Below are positions 13,820 through 25,363 of a stretch of DNA of 64,000 nt, piece by piece. The notes under the pieces were generated by a model, which ran no database searches, was not told the origin of the DNA, and was given only the letters and a program-made list of their open reading frames with translations. The stretch comes from Oikopleura dioica (Eukaryota; Animalia; Chordata). The position numbers were made by a program, and so were the translations under genes. Every line of letters starts with the position of its first letter. The stretch's first letter is position 1. The stretch lies in assembly GCA_907165135.1 (NCBI GenBank), contig OU015567.1:8184001-8248000 (forward strand), read 5' to 3'.

Positions 13820-14166
13820 TAATCGGTGTTTTTATTGACGAAAATAGCGCTAGAACAACCTCAGCGGGGAGTTGTTATTGAGATGCGCCGAACTCCAAAA
13901 TTCTGGAAATTCTCTAGAACTAAGGTCGTGCTGAGGGGTGTTTTGCAGATTTTAGTCAGTTCGAAAATTTGCAACGTCGAAACAACACCAAAAGTAAGTT
14001 TTCCCAAATTTTACAGATGCGGGGCAATTCTGCGCTTGGAGTTAGTCGTACTAAACTCCAAGCTTGAGCCAGAGTGGCTCAAATTTTCAGAATTTACCCC
14101 AATCTGAGCTATTTTGGGTACTTTTGGAGGATTTTTTCTTCTAGAAATTTTTTATTATTTTCTTTC
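13820..14166. repeat. 347-bp direct repeat, copy A1 (matches 16479-16825)
   Basis: TAATCGGTGTTTTTATTGACG...TTATTTTCTTTC recurs at offset 2659; the ORF track shows the same 93-aa ORF twice. Confidence 0.95.
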
Positions 14167-14199
14167 CAAACTCTCAGTGTTCCGTGAGTAGAATTTTCA

Positions 14200-16239
14200 T
14201 GAGAGAAGGGATTGATTAGAAGAGATTGCTCGGAGTGAGCTGTTTCAATTCGCGAATTTTCGCAGGTGGCAAAGGTGTCACATTTCTGGGGGAGCGACTC
14301 AATTCTTTCATTTTTCGAATTCAGAGTGAATTTGCCTCGAGAGAAGAATGTTTTACGAGCTCGTCCCGGCCTACGCCAAGTTCCAAAGCTTCCTCCAGAG
14401 TGGAGGAGAGATTTTCAATGACCTCTCGGTTATCCCTTGGGATTGTGAGGAGAAGGCGCGAACGTTTCTCGCCTTCGACTCAAAAGAGAGGTTCGTTGGC
14501 TTTGGCAAGGCCTTTCACCAGTTGCGTCCTCAAGGTGCGCAGAATTTACACCTGGTGGGCTCGAATTACTTCGTCATTGGAGTAAAAATCGTCCCCTTGG
14601 ATGAAGAATTCATGGTAATCCATGAAAAATCTGCGAGGTGAGCTTAGAGAATAACAATTCTAGAGAAGAATTGCTCTAAAATATCTTTAGCTTCACAGCA
14701 CTGTCCCACGCGGTGGATACCTTCATCCGGTTCAAGTGGAATGCTTTCGCCGGCGAAATGTCGCTGAAGTGGTCGTTTCCACAGTTGGACTTGCTAAATG
14801 AGGGCAATTTGCCTCAAGTCCAGAACAGCCTCTCCGTGGAAGGTTTCTGGAAGAAGTTTTCCTCTACCAGAGGAAAATTTACGAGCCTCCGAATCGAAAT
14901 CGGTGGAATTGCCGACGCTTCTTTAGCCCAACAGGCGAGTGTAAAAGGTAATCCCATGAGATCAAAAGAATGGCTTGAATTTGAGCTAACGTTTAGCTCA
15001 ATTCAAGCGACGGATCTCCAGATGCCTGGGCCCGTTTCAAGATCTTCATCAAAACGGAAAACTTCTTTGCCCCGCGCCTGCGAATTTCAGCTACAATAAA
15101 GCGGATTTTCCGGCAGAAACGATCAAGGCTTGGGACAAGTTTCTTCTCAGTAAGAGGACTCCATGCCAGGATTTAAACTTGCCGTCCTTGGAAGTTTTCA
15201 AGTAAGAGGAAAACAAAGTTCGTAATGGGTATATCGGTGTATATAGTTGAGGGAAATAATTTTGAGGACATTTGAGGAAAGTGTTACTTCGATTTCCTTT
15301 TATTGCCTCCGAGTACTAGCTCTAACTGCGGAAAGCCGCGAGGGTTTCCAACAAGATTTCTTCGGCGTACTGGAAAAACACACCACCAGCCTCAAAATAA
15401 TGATGGAAGAGATCTTAGGAAAAAGGGAAAATCAGCCTGACTTTTAAAATTAAGCTCGAAGGGTATGTCTGAGTAATACCCCTTTCGAATAGCTTTGAAA
15501 AAGGCTGCAAGAGCATCTGCATATGGCGAAACAGGGCGCCGATGGACTGGCATCCAAGAAAACTTTCTCCTCACCTCTTTAGCCATGTGGCCAGAGGCGC
15601 GACACAAGATCAAGGCCACACAAAAGATCTTGCAGGAAGAGCTTCATCTAATCGGAGAGGACATCGGGGATGCAGAAGCTGGAATAGATGAAGCAGTCTT
15701 CGTTGTCGCATCGAAGCAAATATCTTGGCTTTCAGATATGGCCAAAAGCCAGACTGAAGATGGTGAGTCCCCATCCAAATAAGCCAATGGGGTAATTCTC
15801 CCTATTTCTAGCGGTGGCATTCCTCACTTCTCTCATTCCGGGCCCAAGACCTGACCGCCTGAACGAACTCATCAAGCTAGAAGGAGTCTTCAGGGACCTG
15901 GATAGCGTCCTCTCATCATCCCTTCCGCGGTTGGAAGCCTCTAAGATTCCAGCGGTAGCTCTGCTGTTCGAGGAGGACTCGGCCTACCCATTGGTCTGCA
16001 CTTATAAAGCAGATTGCTTCTCCATCATCAACCCTAACACCAAAGATGCGTGCTGGCTTGCGGTGGAAAGTGGCCTTACAGGCACCATTGGTCAGATCAT
16101 CGAAAGAGAAGACATGGAAGACAGGTTCTTTGGCTTCGATCTGAGCGAAAGGGCCCTCATCATAAAACTGGTGGCGAAAGAAAAATGGCCAAAAGAAATC
16201 AACTGGATGACCGAATGCAGCCGAAAGCGACGGAGGTAA
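14200..16239 (+). CDS. Spliced gene of unknown function between the direct repeats, with an apparent frameshift near 15090-15110
   Basis: Protein-like ORF blocks 14348-14641, 14713-~15000, ~15100-15200, 15495-15770 and 15814-16239 are joined by GT-AG introns (e.g. GTGAGC..TTTAG at ~14638-14690, GTGAGT..TTCTAG at ~15762-15811); ends in KRRR-stop. No family recognised. Confidence 0.5.
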
Positions 16240-16428
16240 AACGTTTACCCCGTCAACTTCCTGTAGATCCTCCACTTTCGCCAACTTTTTTATGCTCACA
16301 AAATTGAATTTCTTATTATCACAATAAATTATTTTATATATTCCATCACAAAAGCGCTAACCTAATTAGAACCAAGGTTATCATCATTTCGTTCAAGACT
16401 GAGAGTTTGAATCTTACAACAGTGGGGA

Positions 16429-16478
16429 GGTAAAAATGTAATTTTCTCCACTTATTGTATTTCCACCTATTACTTTAT
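16429..16478. repeat. 50-bp direct repeat, copy B1 (matches 17028-17077)
   Basis: GGTAAAAATGTAATTTTCTCCACTTATTGTATTTCCACCTATTACTTTAT directly abuts copy A2 and recurs 599 bp downstream. Confidence 0.95.
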
Positions 16479-16825
16479 TAATCGGTGTTTTTATTGACGA
16501 AAATAGCGCTAGAACAACCTCAGCGGGGAGTTGTTATTGAGATGCGCCGAACTCCAAAATTCTGGAAATTCTCTAGAACTAAGGTCGTGCTGAGGGGTGT
16601 TTTGCAGATTTTAGTCAGTTCGAAAATTTGCAACGTCGAAACAACACCAAAAGTAAGTTTTCCCAAATTTTACAGATGCGGGGCAATTCTGCGCTTGGAG
16701 TTAGTCGTACTAAACTCCAAGCTTGAGCCAGAGTGGCTCAAATTTTCAGAATTTACCCCAATCTGAGCTATTTTGGGTACTTTTGGAGGATTTTTTCTTC
16801 TAGAAATTTTTTATTATTTTCTTTC
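16479..16825. repeat. 347-bp direct repeat, copy A2
   Basis: Matches 13820-14166 by visual comparison. Confidence 0.95.
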
Positions 16826-17027
16826 ACCCTCCCAGAACTATGTCAAAACAGAATGAGGACAGTAATTGGAAATGTTCCGAATCCCTTTGATGCAGCAGGC
16901 CATCACCTCGTTGATTTGATTAGTTCTTTCCCAAAGAGCAAGTTCCTTCAGATATAATTAGTAGGAGAACTCCTCTTACCCTGGTATTCTACTCACGGAA
17001 TACAATCACATTTTAAGGTAGTAGGTC

Positions 17028-17077
17028 GGTAAAAATGTAATTTTCTCCACTTATTGTATTTCCACCTATTACTTTAT
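17028..17077. repeat. 50-bp direct repeat, copy B2
   Basis: Matches 16429-16478. Confidence 0.95.
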
Positions 17078-18098
17078 GACACGCCTATCGGAGGATAAAT
17101 TCAAGCTTGCGAAATATTATCACTCGCTGGAGACTCTTCAGTTGACCAAGTGAGCTGTTTCCTTTTATGATAAGTAGCGGTTTAATTACGACTCAAAAAG
17201 AGCTTTTTAACACACAGGCGAACTTGCGTAACCCACCGACGCAAGGTTGTAAACTTCACCGTCACAGATAACAGGAACGGAAAAACAATTTCGCCCGTCA
17301 AAGTTGCTTGTAAGATAATAACTGAGGGAAAGTCGTTTTCCACGAGATTTCTAACACAAACTTCGGTAATTTGGAAATTTTGGAAAAGGAGCTTTGGCGT
17401 AACCCCACTACGTAGATGAAAACAAGTGCGTATTGTACACAAATAGAGGTAATAACAAGAAAGGACGTGGTGAAAGTGTCCAGCACTTGGGCAAAGACGC
17501 CAAGGCCAGAGGAGTTCAATACTTTGCTACTAACACCTTTTCCTTCCCTCTTGACTTTTTGATCAAACAAAAAAGAGGGTTTGCAAATCACGAGTTGGTT
17601 TTAGAAGAAAAATTATCCAGCCACGATGTTTCAGCGAAAATTATTGTTCGGCACTTTTTCTCCTAAATGAGTGGTGATCAGAATAGTAATTGACATTCCG
17701 GCTCTAGAATGGAATCCCTGTCATCAGAGAGATAAAATAATTTGCTGAGTCCAGTATTAAGAAATGACCAAGGCTTGTGCGAAAGGAAACGTGTCAATTT
17801 CTTCTGTAACTTCTGCAAGAGGGGACGAAATGTAAAAAAACAATATGTCAATGGTCTGAAGAACACAAGAGCGTTAGAAGTGACGGTCCATAAATAGCTT
17901 GACTGGCGTAATTTAAAGTTCATTTTAAGTCCAACATAAGTATTCTCGATGAGCCCTTGATCATGTTCCACGTACTCGTCTTTTTCTAAAGCCCTTTTCG
18001 CACTTTCTCAGAAGCGTGACTCAGAATTTTTATTTGCTTATTGAACGATACATTATTTGAGGGGAAACTCATTACATTTTCGTTTTGCATGAGAGAAA

Positions 18099-19402
18099 AT
18101 GTGGAAATCGTTTCTTTTTTCTTTCGTCTGGCTTTTGGTGGCGTCGAAGAAAAATGACGATGTCTCGGTTGAATTTTTCAATTCGGCTGAAGGTAGAAAA
18201 TTCTTGTTTGAATGCTTATAAATTCCATAGTAACAATATCGATTGCTGGTTTTGGTGGTTGGGAGAACAATTACTTCACGGAAAAAATTGACGCTGGGAA
18301 AACTCTAATTGTTGACCTTCCACGGGGACTTATGCAAGTTCATATTCATGTTCTGGGAAAACATAATGAAGCAATTGCAGCGATTCTTGATGATCCGAAG
18401 CCTGAGAATATCGATAAACAGTGGCATAAAAATGTTATTTACATAAGGAATGTCTTTTTTGTTGGTAATTTTTTCTTTGTAAAATATTTATCTTTAATAT
18501 TTTCATATATTGACTCTCAAAAGTGATGATAACTCTGAGTTCATTATTTACGGCGGACCACACGGAAAAGATGTCAATAAGTGGAAAGCAATACAGATAA
18601 CATCAGATAGTTTTGAGAACTGTGCTTCATATCCCTACAACCCAAAGATTGTCCGACAAAGTAACTGGAGAGAAAATAAAAATAGAATTGACGAAAAGGG
18701 TGGTAGTTTGATGTATGGCCTAGGAGTTATGGTCGGAATGGCTGCCGGTTCATTTATGCCAATGTTAATGCCTGCGGTTTTGCCTTCGATAAACCTTGCT
18801 CCTATACTTTCCATATTCGGATTTGGAGCGGCGGGTATTACCGGGAACTCATTTGCTTCATTTATTCAGTCAAAATTTTGGGGGTAAGTTGTCAATTGTT
18901 AAAAACCTACAAAAATATGTTTAGTGGCGAAACTGGGGGACTCTTCAGTATCTTACAATCTTTTGGGATGAAGGGAGCAAAGATTAATCTTGACAGCTTA
19001 TTCAAAACACTTAGATTGTTCGGTTTTACCAAAAGCTTGTCTACTATTTTGATGTCTGCACTCATTTTTACCGCGGAAATAGGACACAAAATGGATGGTT
19101 CCAGTCTTATCCAATTCAATGGGGACTTCAATTCATTAAAAGAAGTCATTTTCTTCCCGACTGATGATTTTGATGCAAAAAATAGGACTGGACTTATGTT
19201 GACCTTTACTAAATCAGATGAAATTCATCGATATAGATTTCGATTTTCAAAAACTGAGCTTGATTTTGAGGTCCAAGTTCCTGCATTTTCAGGAAGCTCG
19301 TGGCGAGAGTTCATTTATATGGATTCCAAGTATCTAATTGGCGAAACACTCGAGACAATTTATGTGCTGGAGCCCAAAACCGAGGATGATAAGCAACCAT
19401 AA
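18099..19402 (+). CDS. Signal-peptide protein with an internal IFI6/IFI27 (ISG12)-like glycine-rich hydrophobic motif
   Basis: MWKSFLFSFVWLLVAS signal peptide; 3 GT-AG introns; spliced central segment GFGAAGITGNSFASFIQSKFWG-GETGGLFSILQSFGMKG resembles the ISG12 consensus GFTxxGIxAxSxAA...xGSLFAxLQSxG. Confidence 0.7.
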
Positions 19403-22339
19403 AAACCACGTGAGGATACTGCGCTAAACGTTTTATAAATCTGCATATTCTTGGAAACACTGTCCCTTAATTTGCAGGTTCAAGTCAACCTCGATAGCTC
19501 AGTGTTTTACGATTTCCCTGTCAAAACAAACCAGCCTGCGTACTAGTTAATCTCAAACATGATCATAAATACGTCTCCAAAAAGTATGTCGAACATGCGT
19601 TACATCATTGCTACAACAGAGCGGATTAAAGGCCTCTACGCGAATTATTCTATTCATGCAAGAGACAACGTGTTTGACCAAAGATTACTGAATTACAGCT
19701 TACCATGAAGAAGGGCAGGCCCTTGACTAAGCCTAAATTAAGGGGACGGCCCAGATGGACATCAAAAATCGGACTTTTATTCTTCAGTGAATTTCGAGTC
19801 CATCATTATCATCGAGTTCATAGCCCACTACAGAGAATTGCTGTGGATTTACAAATCGAACATCTTTGATCCGAGCTCTTGATAAGCTTCATATTATAAG
19901 GAAAACCTGTCTTAGGACTGTCACTATTTCGTTAACAAGCTGAATTATCCCAAAAAGGCATGTTACAACGTCAAAGTGAAGAAAGAGCAACGTCATTTTC
20001 TTCAAAAATATATTTATTCATCACTTATTTTTCGACGAATAGTACTTGCAACGCCGTCAAAAACGAAACGGATACCCTTAACATCTGCGGAACAGGCGGT
20101 ACCTGCATGATTGATCGAGCAATTTTAGGGTGCAACCGGATATTTTAAATTCATCTGAGTAATTACCAATTATTTTACCAAGATAAGGGTCTGACTGATT
20201 TAGGCGCAGAAAAAACTGACATCTCGTAACGGGCCATAAGTAGACATTCTTGTATTTACAGAAAGCCTCATAATTGCTTTGACTCAACACAATCGCGCGT
20301 TGGGTCCGTTTCTAAAATTCTGTTTCAAAAGATACAAAAGAACCCAAAATAATAATTATTTCTTTCTTTTAAATGCAAACGGGACAACGGCGAACAGGGC
20401 GATCGGAATTTCATACAAAAATGCACTTTGGAAAGAAGAGGCTGAAAATTCTTGGTGCATTCTATCCTCCACTATCGGAAGAATTGCCATTCCCGGCGAG
20501 GGTGTAAACATCCGTGCAGGATATTGTCCAAACGTGAAAAGGCCCTGTTCTATATAGAATTTAACGTTTTTGGTAATTATGAGTCAGAAAATGCAGTGAT
20601 CAAATATGTTTATATGCAGCTTACATTTCATTTGCAAGGATGTAATATAAGAGAGCGCGAATGTATACTGTTTATTTGCACAGACATGAGAGTCTGTATA
20701 TACAGTGCAAGGGTACGACATATACACTGATACTTATGACAGTTATTTTTACGTTCCGGCGTTAAAATCACATATAAACTGGAAAAGTGGCACAGTGCGC
20801 TTACGTCGTATGAAAACACTCGTCCAAATTGAATATAGGCGCGGGTTAGGTTCACCAGACGGATTGGAAGTACGATTTGTTATCGTAAAACTGATTCCCT
20901 ATGCACGCGAATGCTTGTTTAACTCGCTGCTGAACCAACTCCGGCGATTCGTATAATCTAAGTAGAAGATAAGCTCCCTATTGCGACGAACAAGGAAAGT
21001 CATGTTAGCACGCTTCTAATGCTAGGGCAAAATTTCGAATTTTTGATTGGCTGAACAGAAAACAGCGCCATCTGGGGATGAAATAATTAATGAAGAGCTT
21101 TGACCTGTACTTTGAAAAGTCCACATCAATCTTCTTCCGGATAGGTATTTTTTTCTAAAGAAAATCGGGATTCTCCATCAAATTTAAAATGACAACAGAC
21201 AAGATAAGCACCACCCTGAACGGGAATTAATAATTTCTAAATTTAAGAAAAATGAGGAAGTGCGGCGGATATTTTTAGAAAATTCCTCTTTTTGATAATC
21301 GCTCAATTTAAAATAAAACGAATTTTCATTTCGAAAAAGTAATATTTTTAATGATCATATAAATAATCAAATAAGCTCTGTCGAAAATCATGGCCTCGAG
21401 TATTTTCATTGCTAGATTAAGACCGACTTGATGAGCTGGGGAAAAACATGCTTGAGAGAAGCTCTCCAATTTGCTAAAAACTTGTTTACAAAAGAGAAAA
21501 GGGCAGGGTTCAAGACCGGGCCTTCCCACAGAATCATTTTCCATACTAGTCAAGTTATTGTTTTACAAGCACGTCGAGGTAGGGACACGCCGTCGGTAAA
21601 TGCGATTCCCAATTGCACACGTTTGAATATAAAATGGACCTTTAATTAACTCAAACAGTGGAATTTTTAAGCAACTTTATTAGTCCATCTTTTGAGCAAA
21701 GGACACCATGACTCTCCCGCTCACTCACGTTTCTAGCGCTGAAATTTGAGTCGTTTTAATTGCCCGTACACTTCCGCCGCCCATCATAATCAACAGATAG
21801 CGTTTACTTGCTTACGTATCGATGGATGCATAATTATTGTTGCTGGACTAAAACAGAATCTGGGGAAATAACGAAAAAGATCTCAAGTGCGATATGCAGG
21901 CGAGTGTAGGCTTTTCGTGGTTTTCCTCTTTGACGAAAAGCTATTTCCATTTTCGCCAAATTCGCGGCGATGGTACCGCCTCTTGAGATTCAATTGTCTC
22001 CACCAGAACACCTAAATGAAGGAGAGAATCTAGCACGTGACGACCACTGTAAATTTCAAAGTTTGGTGAAAGAAAATAAGAATAAAGAAAATTGATACTT
22101 AGTAAATTTCTTCCAAACTTTACACAGTAGCTGTTCGGATGCAGACTCTCAATTCGACTCGACAAACAGTAATACCGATACCGGATCATCGTCAAGTGAC
22201 GGAAAGTTTTCAAAGAAAGACCTTTCTTCTCTATTCCTAAGAAAGTATTTCATTCTGACCGCGTACATAACGAGCGTGAGGCTCTAGAATTCCTGCTGGT
22301 AAAAAGTTGACCTCAGCAATGAAGCAACTTCGTTTTAGA

Positions 22340-24928
22340 CATTCTTTTGAAAACTTGAATAAAAGAGGAAGAAGACGAAGAAGAAGAAGTTTCGACGCTG
22401 ATTGATATCACCAATTCTGCGCCACAGTTTGAACAAGAAAAACGCGTGAAAACCGGAACGTAATTTAACGTTGTGAACAAGCCACAGTCACTTTTCGACA
22501 AGGCTATCTTGAACATTTTTTCTCGCAACCGCTTTTTCTCAGCGTTATCAGAAAGTGGGAATAGAGCTCCACCCGTTCTATCTGACTTTGAGCAAATGAT
22601 GACGCCCGCGTTGGCGCAGGTACGTTTATCGCCGACCAGAGGTTAAGCAGAACATTCTTTTGGCAATATCTTATCTTGTTACTTCAACCATTTTTCCAGT
22701 GGGCGAGCCAAATACAGTCCCAATCCGCTCCGATCTGCGATCTTCCTGAACTTCTTCCTGTATCAGAAAACGATCTCGATGGACTTCTCACTGATCGGTC
22801 ACGGGAGGAGTCGCAAGACTCCCTTGGTTACAATTCCGCAACATCCTCCGTGCTTGACCCCGGGTATTACTTAAAACTGAGTTACTGCGTCTATCTTCTT
22901 TTATTTTTTTAGAGAACGGCACCGAGAATCCAGCTTAAATTCAGTCTTTTCTGATGCTTCTTGTTCTTCCAATAATTCAGGTGAGAATTCGATCAACATT
23001 GATGATTTCAAAAAAAATTTCGCGGGCCCGGAAATCGTCAAAAAACTTCTTGTCTAGTTTTGTAGAGCTCGTCGAGAGGAGTCGAATGATGTATCAAACT
23101 CCTGATAGTTTTAAGATTTACCGCCAAAAAAGTGATAAGAAGGTGTCTTATCAAAGATTTTCTGACCAGCGCCGTTTTTGTTCTAGAAAAGCTGAGGTCA
23201 TGCTTGACCCCGGAAAATGATCCTCATGATCTGTTCTATTACAGCAAAAAATTTCAGCTCATGCATACGTATCCTGCTGTCCTTATCAGCGAAAAATCAA
23301 AAAAATAGTGCATTTTGTTGTCGCTGCACGTTCCTAATTTCTAGCCCATTTCCAGTCCCATTCTCCTTGGAAAATGAAATTTAACGATAAACTCGGCTGG
23401 GTATGATGACGGGCTGAAATTTTTTGCTGTAATAGAACAGGTCATGAGGATCATTTTCCGGGGTCAAGCATGACCTCAGCTTTTCTAGAACAAAAACGGC
23501 GCTGGTCAGAAAATCTTTGATAAGACACCTTCTTATCACTTTTTTGGCGGTAAATCTTAAAACTATCAGGAGTTTGATACATCATTCGACTCCTCTCGAC
23601 GAGCTCTACAAAACTAGACAAGAATTTTTTTGACGATTTCCGGGCCCGCGAAAATTTTTTTGAAATCATCATTCATTGAATCTGTTGAAAATGGCCTTCA
23701 GCTTTTACAGAAATTCTTTAGAAATGGAACTGTATTGCACAGAAGTAGTAAGTGCCACTTACCATGAGATACTTACGGTAAGAAAGCTGGAACCACTCTA
23801 AATACGGAAAGGATATTTTCTAATTTGAGTCAGGGATTGTGACCAGCATATCTAATCAGCAAACCCCAGCCCACGACTTATTTATGAATAAACAACAATT
23901 TCAAGTGCTCGGCGATAAGTCGTGAACATAACCTGCATTTAAACCACAACACCTTCGTTTTCACTAGAACTTAAGTTATTTCCGACACATTGACGAAAGC
24001 AGACGAAACCATCAACAAAGAGACCCGCCAACGCAAGCCTTTCCAGCGAGTCATTTACACAGGAAAGGATCTTATCTTGAGATGAGCAAGAAGTCAGCAT
24101 CTATTATCCCTTGAAAAGACGAGCAACTTTCAATCCTCGCCCTTCGATTCGAGGAAAAACGTTACTTGACTACAGAAGAGCGACATCAGCTGGCCACGGA
24201 AATCGGCATCACGGACACGCAAGTTAAAGGTGATCAGAATTAAAAAATCATTAAAAACCAACCACCCACGTTTGTTCTCCAAAATTACCTCGGGTTCAGA
24301 CTAAATTACTGAATTTCCCCTTCAGTTTGGTTCCAAAATCGACGAGCAAAGGAAAAACGAAAACGTTACTCAAAAGACTCTGGCCTCAGTTTTCAGTAAA
24401 AAAAACCTAAATAATCTATAAAAATTAACTGCTGAGCCAACGGGAAGCCAATCGCCCCCGAATATGCCGACTTCTCTGTGTAGCTCTTCTGTAATTCGGC
24501 GACATCCAGATTACGCGAATTCTATGACGGACATGAACAGCTCGCAAATGCACTCTCAGATTCCACAGGCTCTCATGCATGGGCCAATGCCAAGTCTTTA
24601 CCAGAACTTTGGAGCTATCCGACAAAATCCTACACAGGAAATGGGCTAGTTTTTCTTCGAATAAATCTGACAAAGAAATACAAAGTCCCTCAAAAAGCAA
24701 ACATATTCAGCAGCTTACGAAGGATTCTCACTTCCTCACTTTTACGTTCCGATGCCAGTTTCAATCCAGCCTCAGCAGTTCACCACGCCTCCAATGAGCT
24801 CACCAACTCCACCAGGTCCTATCGACCTCTCAATTCCTTCCAGCTGTTCTCCAAGTTCTTATCCGATCAATCTGCCGCAAACACAGTGCCAGTTCTACCC
24901 CATCAATCTTTCCCCAAGCGGATCCTAG
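22340..24928 (+). CDS. Cdx: Divergent caudal/Cdx-like homeodomain protein (5' end uncertain)
   Basis: Spliced homeodomain RQRKPFQRVIYTDEQLSILALRFEEKRYLTTEERHQLATEIGITDTQVKVWFQNRRAKEKRK; RVxYTD and WFQNRRAKE(R/K)K are Cdx hallmarks. Introns at 22981-24002, 24063-24118 (GA-AG) and ~24229-24325. Ser/Pro-rich N- and C-termini. Confidence 0.75.
23001..23670. mobile_element. Long-TIR MITE / foldback element (670 bp) in a Cdx intron
   Basis: Near-perfect ~258-bp inverted arms (23001-23258 and 23413-23670) with termini GATGATTTC...GAAATCATC; flanked on both sides by ATT (candidate 3-bp TSD). Confidence 0.9.
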
Positions 24929-25363
24929 TTCAATAAAATAAAATATTCAGTTTCTCACTTGCTCCTCACTTGTCAAAGATTTCTAATATTGGTACATTGA
25001 GTCAAAGAAAGGGATGAAAACGTGAGGGTACCCCTGACTGGCGCATTCTAAAAGCCGTGCACTCGAGAAAACCTCCGAATTTCAAGTACTCTGTAAAACT
25101 CTATTGACCTACAAAGCAAGTACCTGTATTGTAGATTAGTATTGTTGCTTTTTCTCGCGATTTCAGAAAAGATAGAGCCCCAGCTTAATTACTCCTTCTT
25201 GTCTCCAAAATTAGTTTTGGAATTCTTTTATCTACGTCAATCGAAGTAAGAATATAAAAATTTAAAATGATACTTTTTTATCATGTGTTATCTTCGAGAA
25301 TAAGAATCGTAAATCACATGTGTTTGAGAAGAAAAAATATCTTTTTATTGAAAAAATGGCAGT

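Noticed and set aside
13826-14107. 93-aa ORF duplicated at 16485-16766
   Set aside because: It starts at TTG and reads through splice-like signals inside repeat A; not credible as a stand-alone protein.
13820-17077. LTR retrotransposon or Ngaro/PAT split-direct-repeat element
   Set aside because: No gag, RT or tyrosine-recombinase motifs, no TG..CA ends, PBS or PPT, and B2 does not abut A2.
19560-20956. Broken protein-like ORF fragments including an EGF-like Cys pattern
   Set aside because: Frequent stops, no consistent splice model and no recognisable family.
22954-23672. Twin ORFs 22954-23220 (+) and 23451-23672 (-) with near-identical peptides
   Set aside because: They are artefacts of the inverted arms of the MITE.
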